From a virus: a stretch of 38,569 nucleotides of DNA. How positions within the stretch are numbered: the first letter of the stretch is position 1; every line of letters begins with the position of its first letter. Position numbers and translations under genes: made by a program. Shown here one piece after another: positions 7,302-16,288 of this stretch. Under the pieces are notes generated by a model, which was not told the DNA's origin, did no database searches, and worked only from the letters and a program-made list of their open reading frames with translations. The stretch lies in IMG/VR virus record IMGVR_UViG_3300032017_000003, positions 1 to 38,569 of that record. The stretch is one strand, 5' to 3'.

Positions 7302-7735
7302 CTTGCATCGCATGGGATGGGAAGACGCTGGCGGCCGACAAGCGCGCCTGCTACGGCTGCATGATCTCGACCGTGACCAAGATCCATCGGGTGCGCGGGC
7401 TGCTGTGTGGCGGCTCGGGCGACCTGGACCTGATCGGGCAGATGAAGGATTGGCTCGCCGCCGGCCGTGAGCCGTCGCAGTTCCCCGCCGCGCAGCGCGA
7501 CAAGGACAGCTACGTGCCATTCCTGGTAATCGAGCGAGACGGTACCGCATCGCTGTACGAGCGTACGCCGCACCCGATCCGCTACGAGCAAGCGCAGATC
7601 GCCATCGGCTCGGGCCGCGAGTTCGCTCGGGCCGCGATGCTGCTCGGCAAGGATTCGCGCGGCGCCGTTGAGGTCGCGTGCCAGCTCGATAGCGGATGCG
7701 GCAACGGCATCGACACGCTGACGATCGAGGAATGA
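7298..7735 (+). CDS. HslV/proteasome-beta-like Ntn-hydrolase-fold protein (145 aa)
   Basis: Starts MTCIAWDGKTLAADKR, with Thr directly after the initiator Met. Also has VTKIHRV, LCGGSGDLD and IAIGSGREFARAAML. These align by eye with HslV TTIV..., KKVRRL, GFAGGTADA and IAIGSGG.YA.AAA. Confidence 0.6.
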   Translation: MTCIAWDGKTLAADKRACYGCMISTVTKIHRVRGLLCGGSGDLDLIGQMKDWLAAGREPSQFPAAQRDKDSYVPFLVIERDGTASLYERTPHPIRYEQAQIAIGSGREFARAAMLLGKDSRGAVEVACQLDSGCGNGIDTLTIEE

Positions 7736-8193
7736 CCATGGCCTTCGACCAAGCCATCGCCGACCGAATCTGCGAGTTGATCTGCGAGGGCAAGCCGCTC
7801 AAGCCGATCTGTCGCATGGAAGGCATGCCGAGCTGGCGCACCGTGTACACCTGGATCAACGACGTGCCGGAGTTCGCGAAGGCGATGGAAGAGGCCCGGC
7901 GGCTCGGTGCGCGTGCGATCGCGGAAGAGGCGCTCGAGATCGCCGACAAACCGATGGAGGGCGTCGAGATCACCACCGACGAGAAGGGGGTCAGCGAGAA
8001 GCGCGGCGACATGCTCGGGCACCGAAAGCTGCAGATCGAGACGCGGCTGAAGCTGCTGGCCAAGTGGCACCCGCGCGAGTACGGCGACAAGGTGCAGATC
8101 GGTGGAGATCCTGACGGCGTCCCGGTCAAGACGGAAAGCACCGTCGTGCTCACTGCCGAGGAAGCCTACAAACGCATGCTCGGCGGCGCATGA
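7732..8193 (+). CDS. terminase small subunit (153 aa)
   Basis: Reads ICELICEGKPLKPICRMEGMPSWRTVYTWI...HRKLQIETRLKLLAKWHPREYG, a common small-terminase pattern. It lies directly upstream of the large terminase. Confidence 0.7.
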   Translation: MTMAFDQAIADRICELICEGKPLKPICRMEGMPSWRTVYTWINDVPEFAKAMEEARRLGARAIAEEALEIADKPMEGVEITTDEKGVSEKRGDMLGHRKLQIETRLKLLAKWHPREYGDKVQIGGDPDGVPVKTESTVVLTAEEAYKRMLGGA

Positions 8194-9707
8194 TGGGGGT
8201 GCCATCATGGCCTCCTGATTACGAGGCCGTGTATCGAGAGCGCGCCGAGCGCTTGGCACGAATTCGCAGTGACTCGGCAATCCTGCCGGGTTTGAAGGCG
8301 CACTACCGCGACGACCCGGCCGCCTTTGTGACCGATTGGGGCATGACCTTCGATCCCCGCAATGCGGAGGTTGGGCTGCCCACAACCATGCCGTTCCTTC
8401 TGTTTCCAAAGCAAGCTGAATACCTCCAGTGGCTGCGTGAGCACTGGCTCGCTAGAAAGGACGGGCTTGCCGAGAAGTCTCGCGACATGGGGGTCTCGTG
8501 GCTATGCGTTGCCTTTGCCGTTTGGATGTGGAGCTTTCATCCTGGAACTGTTGTCGGCTTTGGTAGCCGCAAGGAAGAGTACGTCGACGACCTGAATGAT
8601 CCAAAGTCGCTTTTCTGGAAGGCTCGCCAGTTCATCAACTTGCTACCCATCGAGTTCCGCCCGGCCGGTTGGGATCCGAAGAAGCATGCCCCATTCATGA
8701 CCATCACGAATCCGCAGAACGGCGCGGCAATTGTTGGCGAGTCGGGCGACAACATCGGGCGTGGCAACCGCACCAGCATTTACTTCAAGGACGAATCAGC
8801 TTTCTATGAGCGCGCCGAGAGCATCGATGCAGCGCTAAGCCAAACGTCGAACTGCAAGATCGACGTGTCAACACCCAACGGCAACGGCAATCCCTTCTAC
8901 CGCAAGCGCCACGGCGGCAAGGTTGACGTGTTCACGTTCCATTGGCGCGACGATCCGCGCAAAGGCCTAGAGTGGTACGCCAAGCAGCAGAACGACCTTG
9001 ACCCTGTGGTATTGGCTCAGGAAGTGGACATCGACTACAACGCCAGCACGAACGACGCCTGGATTCCCGGCACACTCGTGGAGCAGGGGCAGCAACTCGG
9101 CCCAGCTGATGTGGAAGTGAATGGTCCCTGGATGATTGGTGTCGACGCAGCGCACATGGGCGACGACGAGAGCGTCATCACCTGCCGGCGCGGCCTGTTG
9201 ACGTTGCCGCCCATTCCTCATAAGTCACTGGATGGGCCTGCCCTTGCTGCAGCGGTTGAAGAGCGGTGCCGGCAGTTCGAGGACGCGGGGCAGATCATCG
9301 GCATGATCGCCATCGAGTTGGATGGGCCAGGCGTCAGCGCCTATGACACGCTCAAGCGTGGCAAGTGGGCTGCGGTCACGGTCGGCGTGCACACCGGAGC
9401 CAAGCTGTCGGATGACCGGAACTACAACGTCAAGGCGCGCATGTGGCGGGCGGCACTGGACTACCTCAAGACAGGTGGCTGCTCGATCGGGCGTGATCCC
9501 GAGCTTAAGTCGCAGCTGAGTTCGTACCGATACGGCTATCGGGACGGTCTGCTGCTGATGGAAGCAAAGAAGGATTACAAGAAGCGCGTGGGCAAATCGC
9601 CCGACCGTGCCGACTCGTGGGTTCTGACGTTCTCGGTGCCGCCGAAGCGGGAGAAGCCCAAGCCCGAACTGCCCATACCCATGGTCAGCCCCTTCGCCCG
9701 GCGCTAA
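8190..9707 (+). CDS. terminase large subunit (505 aa)
   Basis: ATPase-like segment SIYFKDESAF and nuclease-type IGVDAAHMGDDESV. Size and position, between the small terminase and the portal, also fit. Confidence 0.88.
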   Translation: MMGVPSWPPDYEAVYRERAERLARIRSDSAILPGLKAHYRDDPAAFVTDWGMTFDPRNAEVGLPTTMPFLLFPKQAEYLQWLREHWLARKDGLAEKSRDMGVSWLCVAFAVWMWSFHPGTVVGFGSRKEEYVDDLNDPKSLFWKARQFINLLPIEFRPAGWDPKKHAPFMTITNPQNGAAIVGESGDNIGRGNRTSIYFKDESAFYERAESIDAALSQTSNCKIDVSTPNGNGNPFYRKRHGGKVDVFTFHWRDDPRKGLEWYAKQQNDLDPVVLAQEVDIDYNASTNDAWIPGTLVEQGQQLGPADVEVNGPWMIGVDAAHMGDDESVITCRRGLLTLPPIPHKSLDGPALAAAVEERCRQFEDAGQIIGMIAIELDGPGVSAYDTLKRGKWAAVTVGVHTGAKLSDDRNYNVKARMWRAALDYLKTGGCSIGRDPELKSQLSSYRYGYRDGLLLMEAKKDYKKRVGKSPDRADSWVLTFSVPPKREKPKPELPIPMVSPFARR

Positions 9708-9778
9708 ACTCGCGCCACCGCTGAGCATTCGAGCGTCCAGCAGCTCCCGTTCCACGTGAAACCCGTGGGGAGTTGAGC

Positions 9779-11854
9779 ATGACGATCAGCAACAGCGAGC
9801 GACTGAACAAGGTTCACGAAGACGCGATCCGCGAATTCGACCAGATCCAGGTGTCGATGCGCGCCGAGCGACTGCAGTGCTTGCAGGATCGCCGGTTCTA
9901 CTCCATCACGGGGGCGCAGTGGGAGGGGCCGCTGTCCGAGCAGTTCGAGAACAAGCCGCGGTTCGAGTTCAACCGCGTGCACCTGGCCGTCATCCGGATC
10001 ATCAACGAGTACCGGAACAACCGCATCACCGTCGACTTCCAGCCGAAGGACGGCGCGAAGGACGACGAGCTCGCCGACACGTGCGACGGCCTGTACCGCG
10101 CTGACGAGCAGTCCTGCACCGCGAACGAGGCCTACGACAACGCATTCGAGGAAGGGGTCGGCGGCGGCTTCGGCGCATGCCGCCTGCGCGCAGTCTATGA
10201 AGACGAGTACGACGACGAGAACGAGTGCCAGCGCATCCGCATGGAGCCGATCTTCGACGCAGACAGCTGCGTGTTCTTCAACCTCGATGCCCAGCGCCAG
10301 GACAAGGCCGACGCCAAGCGCGCCTACGTGCTGACGCCGTACACGCTGGCCGCATACAAGGAAGAGTGGGAGGACGATCCCAGCAGCTGGCCGAAGATGA
10401 TCACGCAGTCCGAATTCGACTGGTGTACACCGGACATCGTGTGGGTCTGCGAGCTGTACAAGATCGAGGAGAAGTCCGAGGTCGTGCGCTACTTCCGCGG
10501 CCTGGACGAAGACGCCGAGGACATGCGCGTCACGCAAGCGCAGGTCGACAACGACGAGAAGCTGCTGGAGCAGCTGGCCGCCACCGGCTTCCGCCTGGTG
10601 CGCGAGAAACGCGTCAAGCGCCGCAAGGTGCACAAGTACATCCTGAGCGGCGGCAAGGTGCTCGAGGATTGCGGCTACGTGCCGGGCACCGAGATCCCGG
10701 TGATCCCGTTCTACGCCAAGCGTTGGGTCGTCGACGGCGTGGAGCGCTGCATGGGTCACGTGCGCCTGGCCAAGGACGCGCAGCGCCTGAGCAACATGCT
10801 CATGTCGTGGCTGGCCGAGATCGCCTCGCGGTTCGATATCGAGAAACCGATCGTCACGCCCGAGCAGATGCAGGGCTGGGCGACGATGTGGGCGCAGGAC
10901 AACGTGAAGAAGTTCCCGTATCTGTTCCTGAACGCGCAGACCGATGCCGAGGGCAACGTCATTCCGGGCAGCGCAACGCCGCAGGCCTACACGAAGTCGC
11001 CGCAGATCCCGCCGGCGATGGCAGCACTGATGCAGATGGCCGAGCAGGCGCTGCAGGATCTCCTCGGCAACCAGCAGGCCGGCGAACAGTTGCAGCCGAA
11101 CCTGTCTGGCAAGGCGGTGGAACTCATCCAGAACCGCCTGGACATGCAGGTCTTCATCTACATGTCCAACTTCGCGAAGTTCATGAAGCGCTGCGGCGAG
11201 GTGTGGCTTTCGATGATGAAGGACATCGTCGTCGAGAAGTCTCGCCCGATGAAGACGATCGACAAGCAGGGTGACTCCGCGCAGGTCATCATGAACCAGC
11301 CGGAGTACAACAAGGACGAGGCCAAGGAGATCATGGCCAACGACCTGACGAAGGCCAACATGGAGGTCACGACCGATGTCGGTCCGTCCTCGAGCAGCCG
11401 CCGCGCCGCCACCGTGCGCGCGCTGACCGGCATGCTGCAGCTGACGCAGGATCCGGAGATCCAGCAGGTCCTGAGCGCCATGGCGATGCTGAACATGGAA
11501 GGCGAGGGCATCAGCGAGGTTCGCGACTACTTCCGGGCCAAGCTGGTGCGCATGGGCGCCGTCAAGCCGACCGAGGAAGAGATCGCGGAGATGGAGACCG
11601 AGAAGCAGCAGAGCGCCCAGCAGCCGCCTGACGCGCAAACGCAGTTCCTGCTGTCTTCGGCCGAGGAGGCATCCGCTGCCGCCGCAGAGAAGCGGGCGCA
11701 GACCGTCGAGACCCTGGCGTCCGCGAACCTCAAGAACGCCCAGGCAGACAAGACAGTGGCCGAGACGGTCGGCACGCACCAGAACACGCAGATCGCCGGC
11801 GTCGAGGCTTTGCGTGGGATCGTGCAGCCCGATCTCGGTCAGGCGCCCACTTGA
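9779..11854 (+). CDS. portal protein, P22 gp1-like (691 aa)
   Basis: ATG 9779 has GGGGAG upstream. Long stretches are collinear with P22 gp1 as I recall it: DFQPKDG, GVGGGFGACRL, KRRKVHKYILSG, IPVIPFY, VRLAKDAQRLSNMLMS. Confidence 0.88.
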   Translation: MTISNSERLNKVHEDAIREFDQIQVSMRAERLQCLQDRRFYSITGAQWEGPLSEQFENKPRFEFNRVHLAVIRIINEYRNNRITVDFQPKDGAKDDELADTCDGLYRADEQSCTANEAYDNAFEEGVGGGFGACRLRAVYEDEYDDENECQRIRMEPIFDADSCVFFNLDAQRQDKADAKRAYVLTPYTLAAYKEEWEDDPSSWPKMITQSEFDWCTPDIVWVCELYKIEEKSEVVRYFRGLDEDAEDMRVTQAQVDNDEKLLEQLAATGFRLVREKRVKRRKVHKYILSGGKVLEDCGYVPGTEIPVIPFYAKRWVVDGVERCMGHVRLAKDAQRLSNMLMSWLAEIASRFDIEKPIVTPEQMQGWATMWAQDNVKKFPYLFLNAQTDAEGNVIPGSATPQAYTKSPQIPPAMAALMQMAEQALQDLLGNQQAGEQLQPNLSGKAVELIQNRLDMQVFIYMSNFAKFMKRCGEVWLSMMKDIVVEKSRPMKTIDKQGDSAQVIMNQPEYNKDEAKEIMANDLTKANMEVTTDVGPSSSSRRAATVRALTGMLQLTQDPEIQQVLSAMAMLNMEGEGISEVRDYFRAKLVRMGAVKPTEEEIAEMETEKQQSAQQPPDAQTQFLLSSAEEASAAAAEKRAQTVETLASANLKNAQADKTVAETVGTHQNTQIAGVEALRGIVQPDLGQAPT

Positions 11855-11949
11855 TCCCGCAATGCGGTACAGTTGATTCCACGATACGGAAGGCGTACAG
11901 TCCGCGCCACGGCTACCCCGGAGCCTTTCCGGGAGATGAAGGGGACTGA

Positions 11950-12825
11950 ATGGATCCGGAAGACGACAACCTGGTGATCGAGACCGAAATCGAAGGCAGC
12001 GAGACGCTGAACGACGACAAGGAAACCACACCGGGCGACACCGAAGCCGAGACGGCCGAGGAGTTGGTGGTCAGCATCGGTGATGAGCCGGTCTCCAAAG
12101 AAGGTGAAGAGTTCAACGGTCAGCCGGCACCGGACTGGGTCAAGGACCTTCGTCGGGAACGCAAGGAAGACAAGCGGCTCATCCGCGAGCTGCAGGAAAA
12201 GCTGAAGACGAACATCGCGCCGCCGGCGCCGATCGAGGTAGGCAAGCGCCCGACCCTCGCGGACTGCGAGTACGACGAGGAGCTGCACGAGAAGAAGGTC
12301 GACGAGTGGCTCAAGCGCAAGTCCGAGGCCGAGGAGCAGGAACGCAAGAAGGTGGCGGCGGCGCAAGAGGCCGAGTCCGCGTTCAAGAAGACGCAGGAGA
12401 ACTACGCCAAGGCAGCGGCCGACCTGAAGAAGAAGGTTCCGACCTTCGACGAGGCCGAAGCCGCGATCAAGGACACGTTCAGCGTCGCGCAGCAGGGCAT
12501 GCTGCTCGACCTGGCCAAGACGCCCGAAGAGGCGGCGCTGCTGACGGCGGCGATCGGCTCGAATGCCAAGCTGCTCAAGGATCTCTCATCGATCGGAAAC
12601 CCCGTGAAGTTCGTCTCGGAAGTCGCGCGCATCGCCGCGCAGGTGAAGACAGCGCCGCGCAAAGCTCCCATCCCGGAGCGCCAGGTTCGGGGCAATGCCT
12701 CGGTGCCCGGCGCCGTGGATTCGCAGCTGAAGCGGCTCGAAGAAGAAGCTGACCGCACCGGTGACCGCACGAAAGTGGCACACTACCGTCGTCAGCTGCT
12801 GCTGAAGCAGCGCGAAAAGCGCTGA
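11950..12825 (+). CDS. scaffolding protein (291 aa)
   Basis: It lies between portal and coat. It has an acidic N-terminus and a Lys/Glu/Ala-rich composition that looks coiled-coil. Confidence 0.7.
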   Translation: MDPEDDNLVIETEIEGSETLNDDKETTPGDTEAETAEELVVSIGDEPVSKEGEEFNGQPAPDWVKDLRRERKEDKRLIRELQEKLKTNIAPPAPIEVGKRPTLADCEYDEELHEKKVDEWLKRKSEAEEQERKKVAAAQEAESAFKKTQENYAKAAADLKKKVPTFDEAEAAIKDTFSVAQQGMLLDLAKTPEEAALLTAAIGSNAKLLKDLSSIGNPVKFVSEVARIAAQVKTAPRKAPIPERQVRGNASVPGAVDSQLKRLEEEADRTGDRTKVAHYRRQLLLKQREKR

Positions 12826-12947
12826 TCGCAGCCAAGGATTCGCCCACCTACGGGCAGTGAAACGGCCACCATCCGGCCTTGAGCGGGTGAGTAGAGAGCA
12901 ACGCGGCACGCCGCATCTTTCAACTCATCATCCTCAGGAGCGCCATC

Positions 12948-14225
12948 ATGGCCAACGGTTTCACGAAGCAAGAAACGGTGATGTTCGACGAGCTGCTCGC
13001 CGGCTTCAACGACGCACTCGTCCTCTCCAGTCTGGTCAACATCTACGAGACCGACCAGACGATCATGGAGCGCTCGAACGACCAGATCTGGCGTCCGCAG
13101 CCCTACATCAACCAGTCGTTCTCTGGCCTGGACCAGACCGCCAACTTCGGCGATATCGTCCAGCTGTCGGTGCCGGCGTACATCAACACGATCCGCTCGT
13201 CTCCGTGGGTGCTGACCGCGAACGAACTGCGTGACGCGATGCAGGAAGGCCGCATCCGCGACGGCGCGAAGCAGAAGCTGGGCTCGGACATCAACGTCGA
13301 CGTGAACAACGCGATCTGCAACCTGGGCTCGCTGGTGGTCAAGCGCACGGCGGCGGCCTCGGGCTTCGACGACGTGGCGCTGTGCGACTCGATCATGAAC
13401 GAGCAGGGCGTGGTCAACGACGGGCAGCGGTACATCGCGTACAGCTCGCGCGACTACAACAGCATGGCCAGCAACCTGGCCGGCCGCGGCACCGTCGCCG
13501 GCATCGTGCAGACCGCCTACGAGCGCGCCTACGTGAACCGGGTCTCCGGCTTCGACGTGTTCAAGATGGACTACGCGCCCCGCCTGGCAGCTGCCACCGC
13601 GACCGGCGTCGTGATGAACGGCGCCAACCAGCGCTACGTGCCGACTGCGTTCTCGCTGACGGCCGGCACGCTGACCCCGGTCAACACCGACAACCGCTTC
13701 CAGACCATCGCCATCACGGTCGGCGGCTCGACGATCAAGGTGGGCGACTGCTTCACGATCGCCGGCGTCAACGCGGTGCACCACATCACCAAGGTGGACA
13801 CGGGCCAGCTGAAGACGTTCCGCGTGGTGGCGATCGTCACCGGCGCGGGCGGCACGGGCACGATCCAGATCACGCCGCCGATCATCGCTGCCGACGCGGC
13901 GCCGACCGCGGCCGAGCTGCAGTACAAGAACGTGACCGCAACGCCGGCCAACGGCGCCGCCTTCGTGTTCCTGAACACCGCGGCTGCAGCAATGAACCCG
14001 TTCTGGATCAAGGGCGCTGTCGACCTGCTGCCGGGCCGCCTGGTCTGGCCGGCGGACGGCGGCCTGGCCGTGATGAGCGGCACGACCGACCAGGGCATGC
14101 AGCTGACGATGACCAAGCAGGCCGAAATCAAGACCGGCAAGGTCAACTTCCGGGTCGACACGAAGTACGGCGTCGCGGTGACGAACACCGAGATGTGCGG
14201 GATTGAGCTTTTCTCACAACCATGA
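12948..14225 (+). CDS. major capsid (coat) protein, P22 gp5-like (425 aa)
   Basis: AGGAG ribosome-binding site. MERSNDQIWRP and DNRFQTIAITVGG.TIKVGDCFTIAGV parallel P22 gp5 segments MQRSSNTIWMP and DNRFATVTL...GDKISFAGV, from memory. Confidence 0.85.
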   Translation: MANGFTKQETVMFDELLAGFNDALVLSSLVNIYETDQTIMERSNDQIWRPQPYINQSFSGLDQTANFGDIVQLSVPAYINTIRSSPWVLTANELRDAMQEGRIRDGAKQKLGSDINVDVNNAICNLGSLVVKRTAAASGFDDVALCDSIMNEQGVVNDGQRYIAYSSRDYNSMASNLAGRGTVAGIVQTAYERAYVNRVSGFDVFKMDYAPRLAAATATGVVMNGANQRYVPTAFSLTAGTLTPVNTDNRFQTIAITVGGSTIKVGDCFTIAGVNAVHHITKVDTGQLKTFRVVAIVTGAGGTGTIQITPPIIAADAAPTAAELQYKNVTATPANGAAFVFLNTAAAAMNPFWIKGAVDLLPGRLVWPADGGLAVMSGTTDQGMQLTMTKQAEIKTGKVNFRVDTKYGVAVTNTEMCGIELFSQP

Positions 14226-14297
14226 TTGGCTGAAGCGCCATTCCGCACATTTCCTGACGCGCAGAGTCTCCTCTCGGGCGCAGTTACCACGAGTTCA

Positions 14298-14322
14298 GGG
14301 CCGCCGCCGCGCGGCCCTTTTT
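14298..14322 (+). terminator. rho-independent terminator/attenuator after the coat gene
   Basis: GGGCCGC stem, 6-nt loop, GCGGCCC, then TTTTT. Confidence 0.75.
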
Positions 14323-14338
14323 CCAAAGGACGCCAGAC

Positions 14339-14698
14339 ATGGACATGTTCCCCAAGATGCTCTACCGGTTCCCTGCGCAACTCCGCGATGCGGTCGCGCT
14401 GCAGGACGGATCCTACGATTCGCTCACGGTCGCCGACGAGGCGGAGCACACCGACGCGCTCGCCGGCGGCTGGTTCGAAGTCCCCTCGGACGCCAAGGCG
14501 ACGTTCATGGAACAGCTCGCAGCGACCGAAGCTGCTGCCAGGGCTGCCGCTGAAGCCGCCGCGACGGCCGACAGCGACAAGCAGCCGACGCGCGAGGAGC
14601 TCGAGGCCAAGGCGACCGAGTTGGGCCTGAAGTTCGACGGCCGGACCACCGATCGCAAGCTCAGCGAGGCCATCCTCGAGAAGCTGAAGGCGGCCTGA
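14339..14698 (+). CDS. hypothetical protein with a C-terminal HeH/SAP-like motif (119 aa)
   Basis: N-terminus MFPKMLYR. C-terminus PTREELEAKATELGLKFDGRTTDRKLSEAILEKLK. Confidence 0.6.
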   Translation: MDMFPKMLYRFPAQLRDAVALQDGSYDSLTVADEAEHTDALAGGWFEVPSDAKATFMEQLAATEAAARAAAEAAATADSDKQPTREELEAKATELGLKFDGRTTDRKLSEAILEKLKAA

Positions 14699-14699
14699 C

Positions 14700-15179
14700 A
14701 TGACCACGAAGCTCCAACTGGTCGAGAACGCCTACGAGGAGCTGGCGCTTGCCGGCTACGTGTTCGATCTCGAGCCGGAGGAGCTGGATTTCGGGCTGCG
14801 CAAGCTCGAAACGCAGATGGCATCGATGGCGGCGCAGGACTTCAACGTCGGCTACGCGTTCGGCAGCGACATCAACAGCGAGTCGGGCCTGCCGCTGATC
14901 GCCGAGGAGGCCGTATACCTGGGGCTCGCCATCAATCTGGCGGCCAGCAAGGGCAAGGATGTCCGCCCGACCACCAAGACCAATGCGCGGCGCGCCATGG
15001 CCTCGCTGTCCGCATTCGTGGCGCGCAGCCAGGTCCAGCAGCAGCAATACCCCGGCACGATGCCGCGCGGCGCAGGCAACAAGCCGTGGCGCTCGCTCAG
15101 CTCGCCCTTCTTCACCGTTCCGGACACCGCGCCGCTGCAGAACAGCGCCGATGGTGGCCTCGAATTCCTCGGGGAGTGA
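14700..15179 (+). CDS. head-to-tail adaptor, P22 gp4-like (159 aa)
   Basis: YPGTMPRGAGNKPW parallels P22 gp4 YPSRMPTGSGNS. Size and position after the coat gene also fit. Confidence 0.65.
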   Translation: MTTKLQLVENAYEELALAGYVFDLEPEELDFGLRKLETQMASMAAQDFNVGYAFGSDINSESGLPLIAEEAVYLGLAINLAASKGKDVRPTTKTNARRAMASLSAFVARSQVQQQQYPGTMPRGAGNKPWRSLSSPFFTVPDTAPLQNSADGGLEFLGE

Positions 15180-15182
15180 TCC

Positions 15183-15641
15183 ATGGCCATCCAGAACCTG
15201 CCGAGCACCGATGACTTGTCGTCGAGCGACTCGGTCGCCCTCTTCTCCGCGCTGCTCGGCAACGACGCGCGCGCCACGCTGGGTGTCCTGCTGGCGTGGC
15301 TGCAGGCGCAGATCACCGACGCCGGCGGCTTCCTCACGCAGTACGCAGCCCCGCTGACGGGCGGCAACGTGCTCATCGCGCCGGCCACCGCAGGCAGCAG
15401 CACCTACCTCATCCTGACGCCGGCCGGCACGCTGGCGACGCTCACGGTGACACTGCCCGCCAAGGCCACGTGCGTGGACGGCCAGGAGGTGCTGGTGTCG
15501 TGCACACAGATCCTGACCGCGCTGACTGTGGCTCCAAACGGTGCCGCGGCGGCCAACGGAGCGCCGACCTCTCTCGCAGCGAACGGCTTCTTCCGGATGC
15601 GCTACGACGGCGTGATCGGCACCTGGTATCGCATCGGCTGA
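15183..15641 (+). CDS. hypothetical virion-module protein (152 aa), paralogous domain A
   Basis: GGGGAG ribosome-binding site. The C-terminal 75 aa align with the 15968..16288 product (PAGT, TLP, GQ, Q.ITA.T, W.RI). Confidence 0.6.
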   Translation: MAIQNLPSTDDLSSSDSVALFSALLGNDARATLGVLLAWLQAQITDAGGFLTQYAAPLTGGNVLIAPATAGSSTYLILTPAGTLATLTVTLPAKATCVDGQEVLVSCTQILTALTVAPNGAAAANGAPTSLAANGFFRMRYDGVIGTWYRIG

Positions 15642-15659
15642 CCCACGAAAGGCAACACC

Positions 15660-15965
15660 ATGTTCTTCCGCGTCTTCAATCCTGCCTTCGGGACAAACCA
15701 AGTGCTCACTGCGGGCGCCGCGAGCCTGATCGCCGTCGTCAACAAGGACGACGATCAGGTGCGCATTGTCAATAGCGGCGCGAGCAAGGCCTACGTGCGG
15801 TTCTACTCGAGCCTGACCGTGCCGGCGCCCGCCGCGACTACCGCTGATGCCTGCGTGGCGGCTGGTCAGACATCCACCTTCACCAAGGGACAGGTCAATG
15901 ACCGCGTGGCCTACATCAGCGCCGGCGGCACGACGCTGGACCTCATGACCGGAAACGGAGTCTGA
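15660..15965 (+). CDS. hypothetical virion-module protein (101 aa)
   Basis: Has a ribosome-binding site (GAAAGG). The composition looks beta-rich. Confidence 0.55.
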   Translation: MFFRVFNPAFGTNQVLTAGAASLIAVVNKDDDQVRIVNSGASKAYVRFYSSLTVPAPAATTADACVAAGQTSTFTKGQVNDRVAYISAGGTTLDLMTGNGV

Positions 15966-15967
15966 AC

Positions 15968-16288
15968 ATGGATACGAGTCAAGGCGCCCCGACGAATACC
16001 GTCACCCCAAGCGCGCCAACCACCGGCCAGACGCAGGCCTTCGCGGCTTCTCCGGTCGACCAGACGCTGTATATGGTCCCGGCAGGCACGATCGCAGCAC
16101 AGACCATCACGCTTCCGCCGGATGCATCCAGCCGGATCGGCCAGATCTGCCGTTTCATGACGCGCCAGACCATCACGGCGGTGACCATGAACGGTGCTGC
16201 GAACATCGTCAACCCGGTGACGACCATGAACGGAGGCGACAGCTTCGCGTTCCAGAAGGTTGCCGCCGATACCTGGCAGCGTATCTGA
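15968..16288 (+). CDS. hypothetical virion-module protein (106 aa), paralogous domain B
   Basis: See the 15183..15641 entry. GGAG ribosome-binding site. Confidence 0.6.
   Translation: MDTSQGAPTNTVTPSAPTTGQTQAFAASPVDQTLYMVPAGTIAAQTITLPPDASSRIGQICRFMTRQTITAVTMNGAANIVNPVTTMNGGDSFAFQKVAADTWQRI

Noticed and set aside
11868-11906. Direct repeat GTACAGT twice, about 29 bp apart, plus a CCGGA/TCCGG hairpin (about 11915..11929) between portal and scaffold genes, as a possible pac site
   Set aside because: These are short motifs with no further support. As I recall, pac sites of P22-type phages lie within the small-terminase gene.
9704-12031. Very long antisense ORFs, for example 9704..12031(-), 4014..5057(-), 7026..8153(-), 12792..13784(-), 22612..24078(-), 30393..31403(+), 32041..33201(+) and 34383..35759(+)
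   Set aside because: These are Arg/Ala/Gly/Pro/His-rich shadow frames typical of high-GC DNA. Each lies opposite a gene with recognisable motifs or coupled starts.
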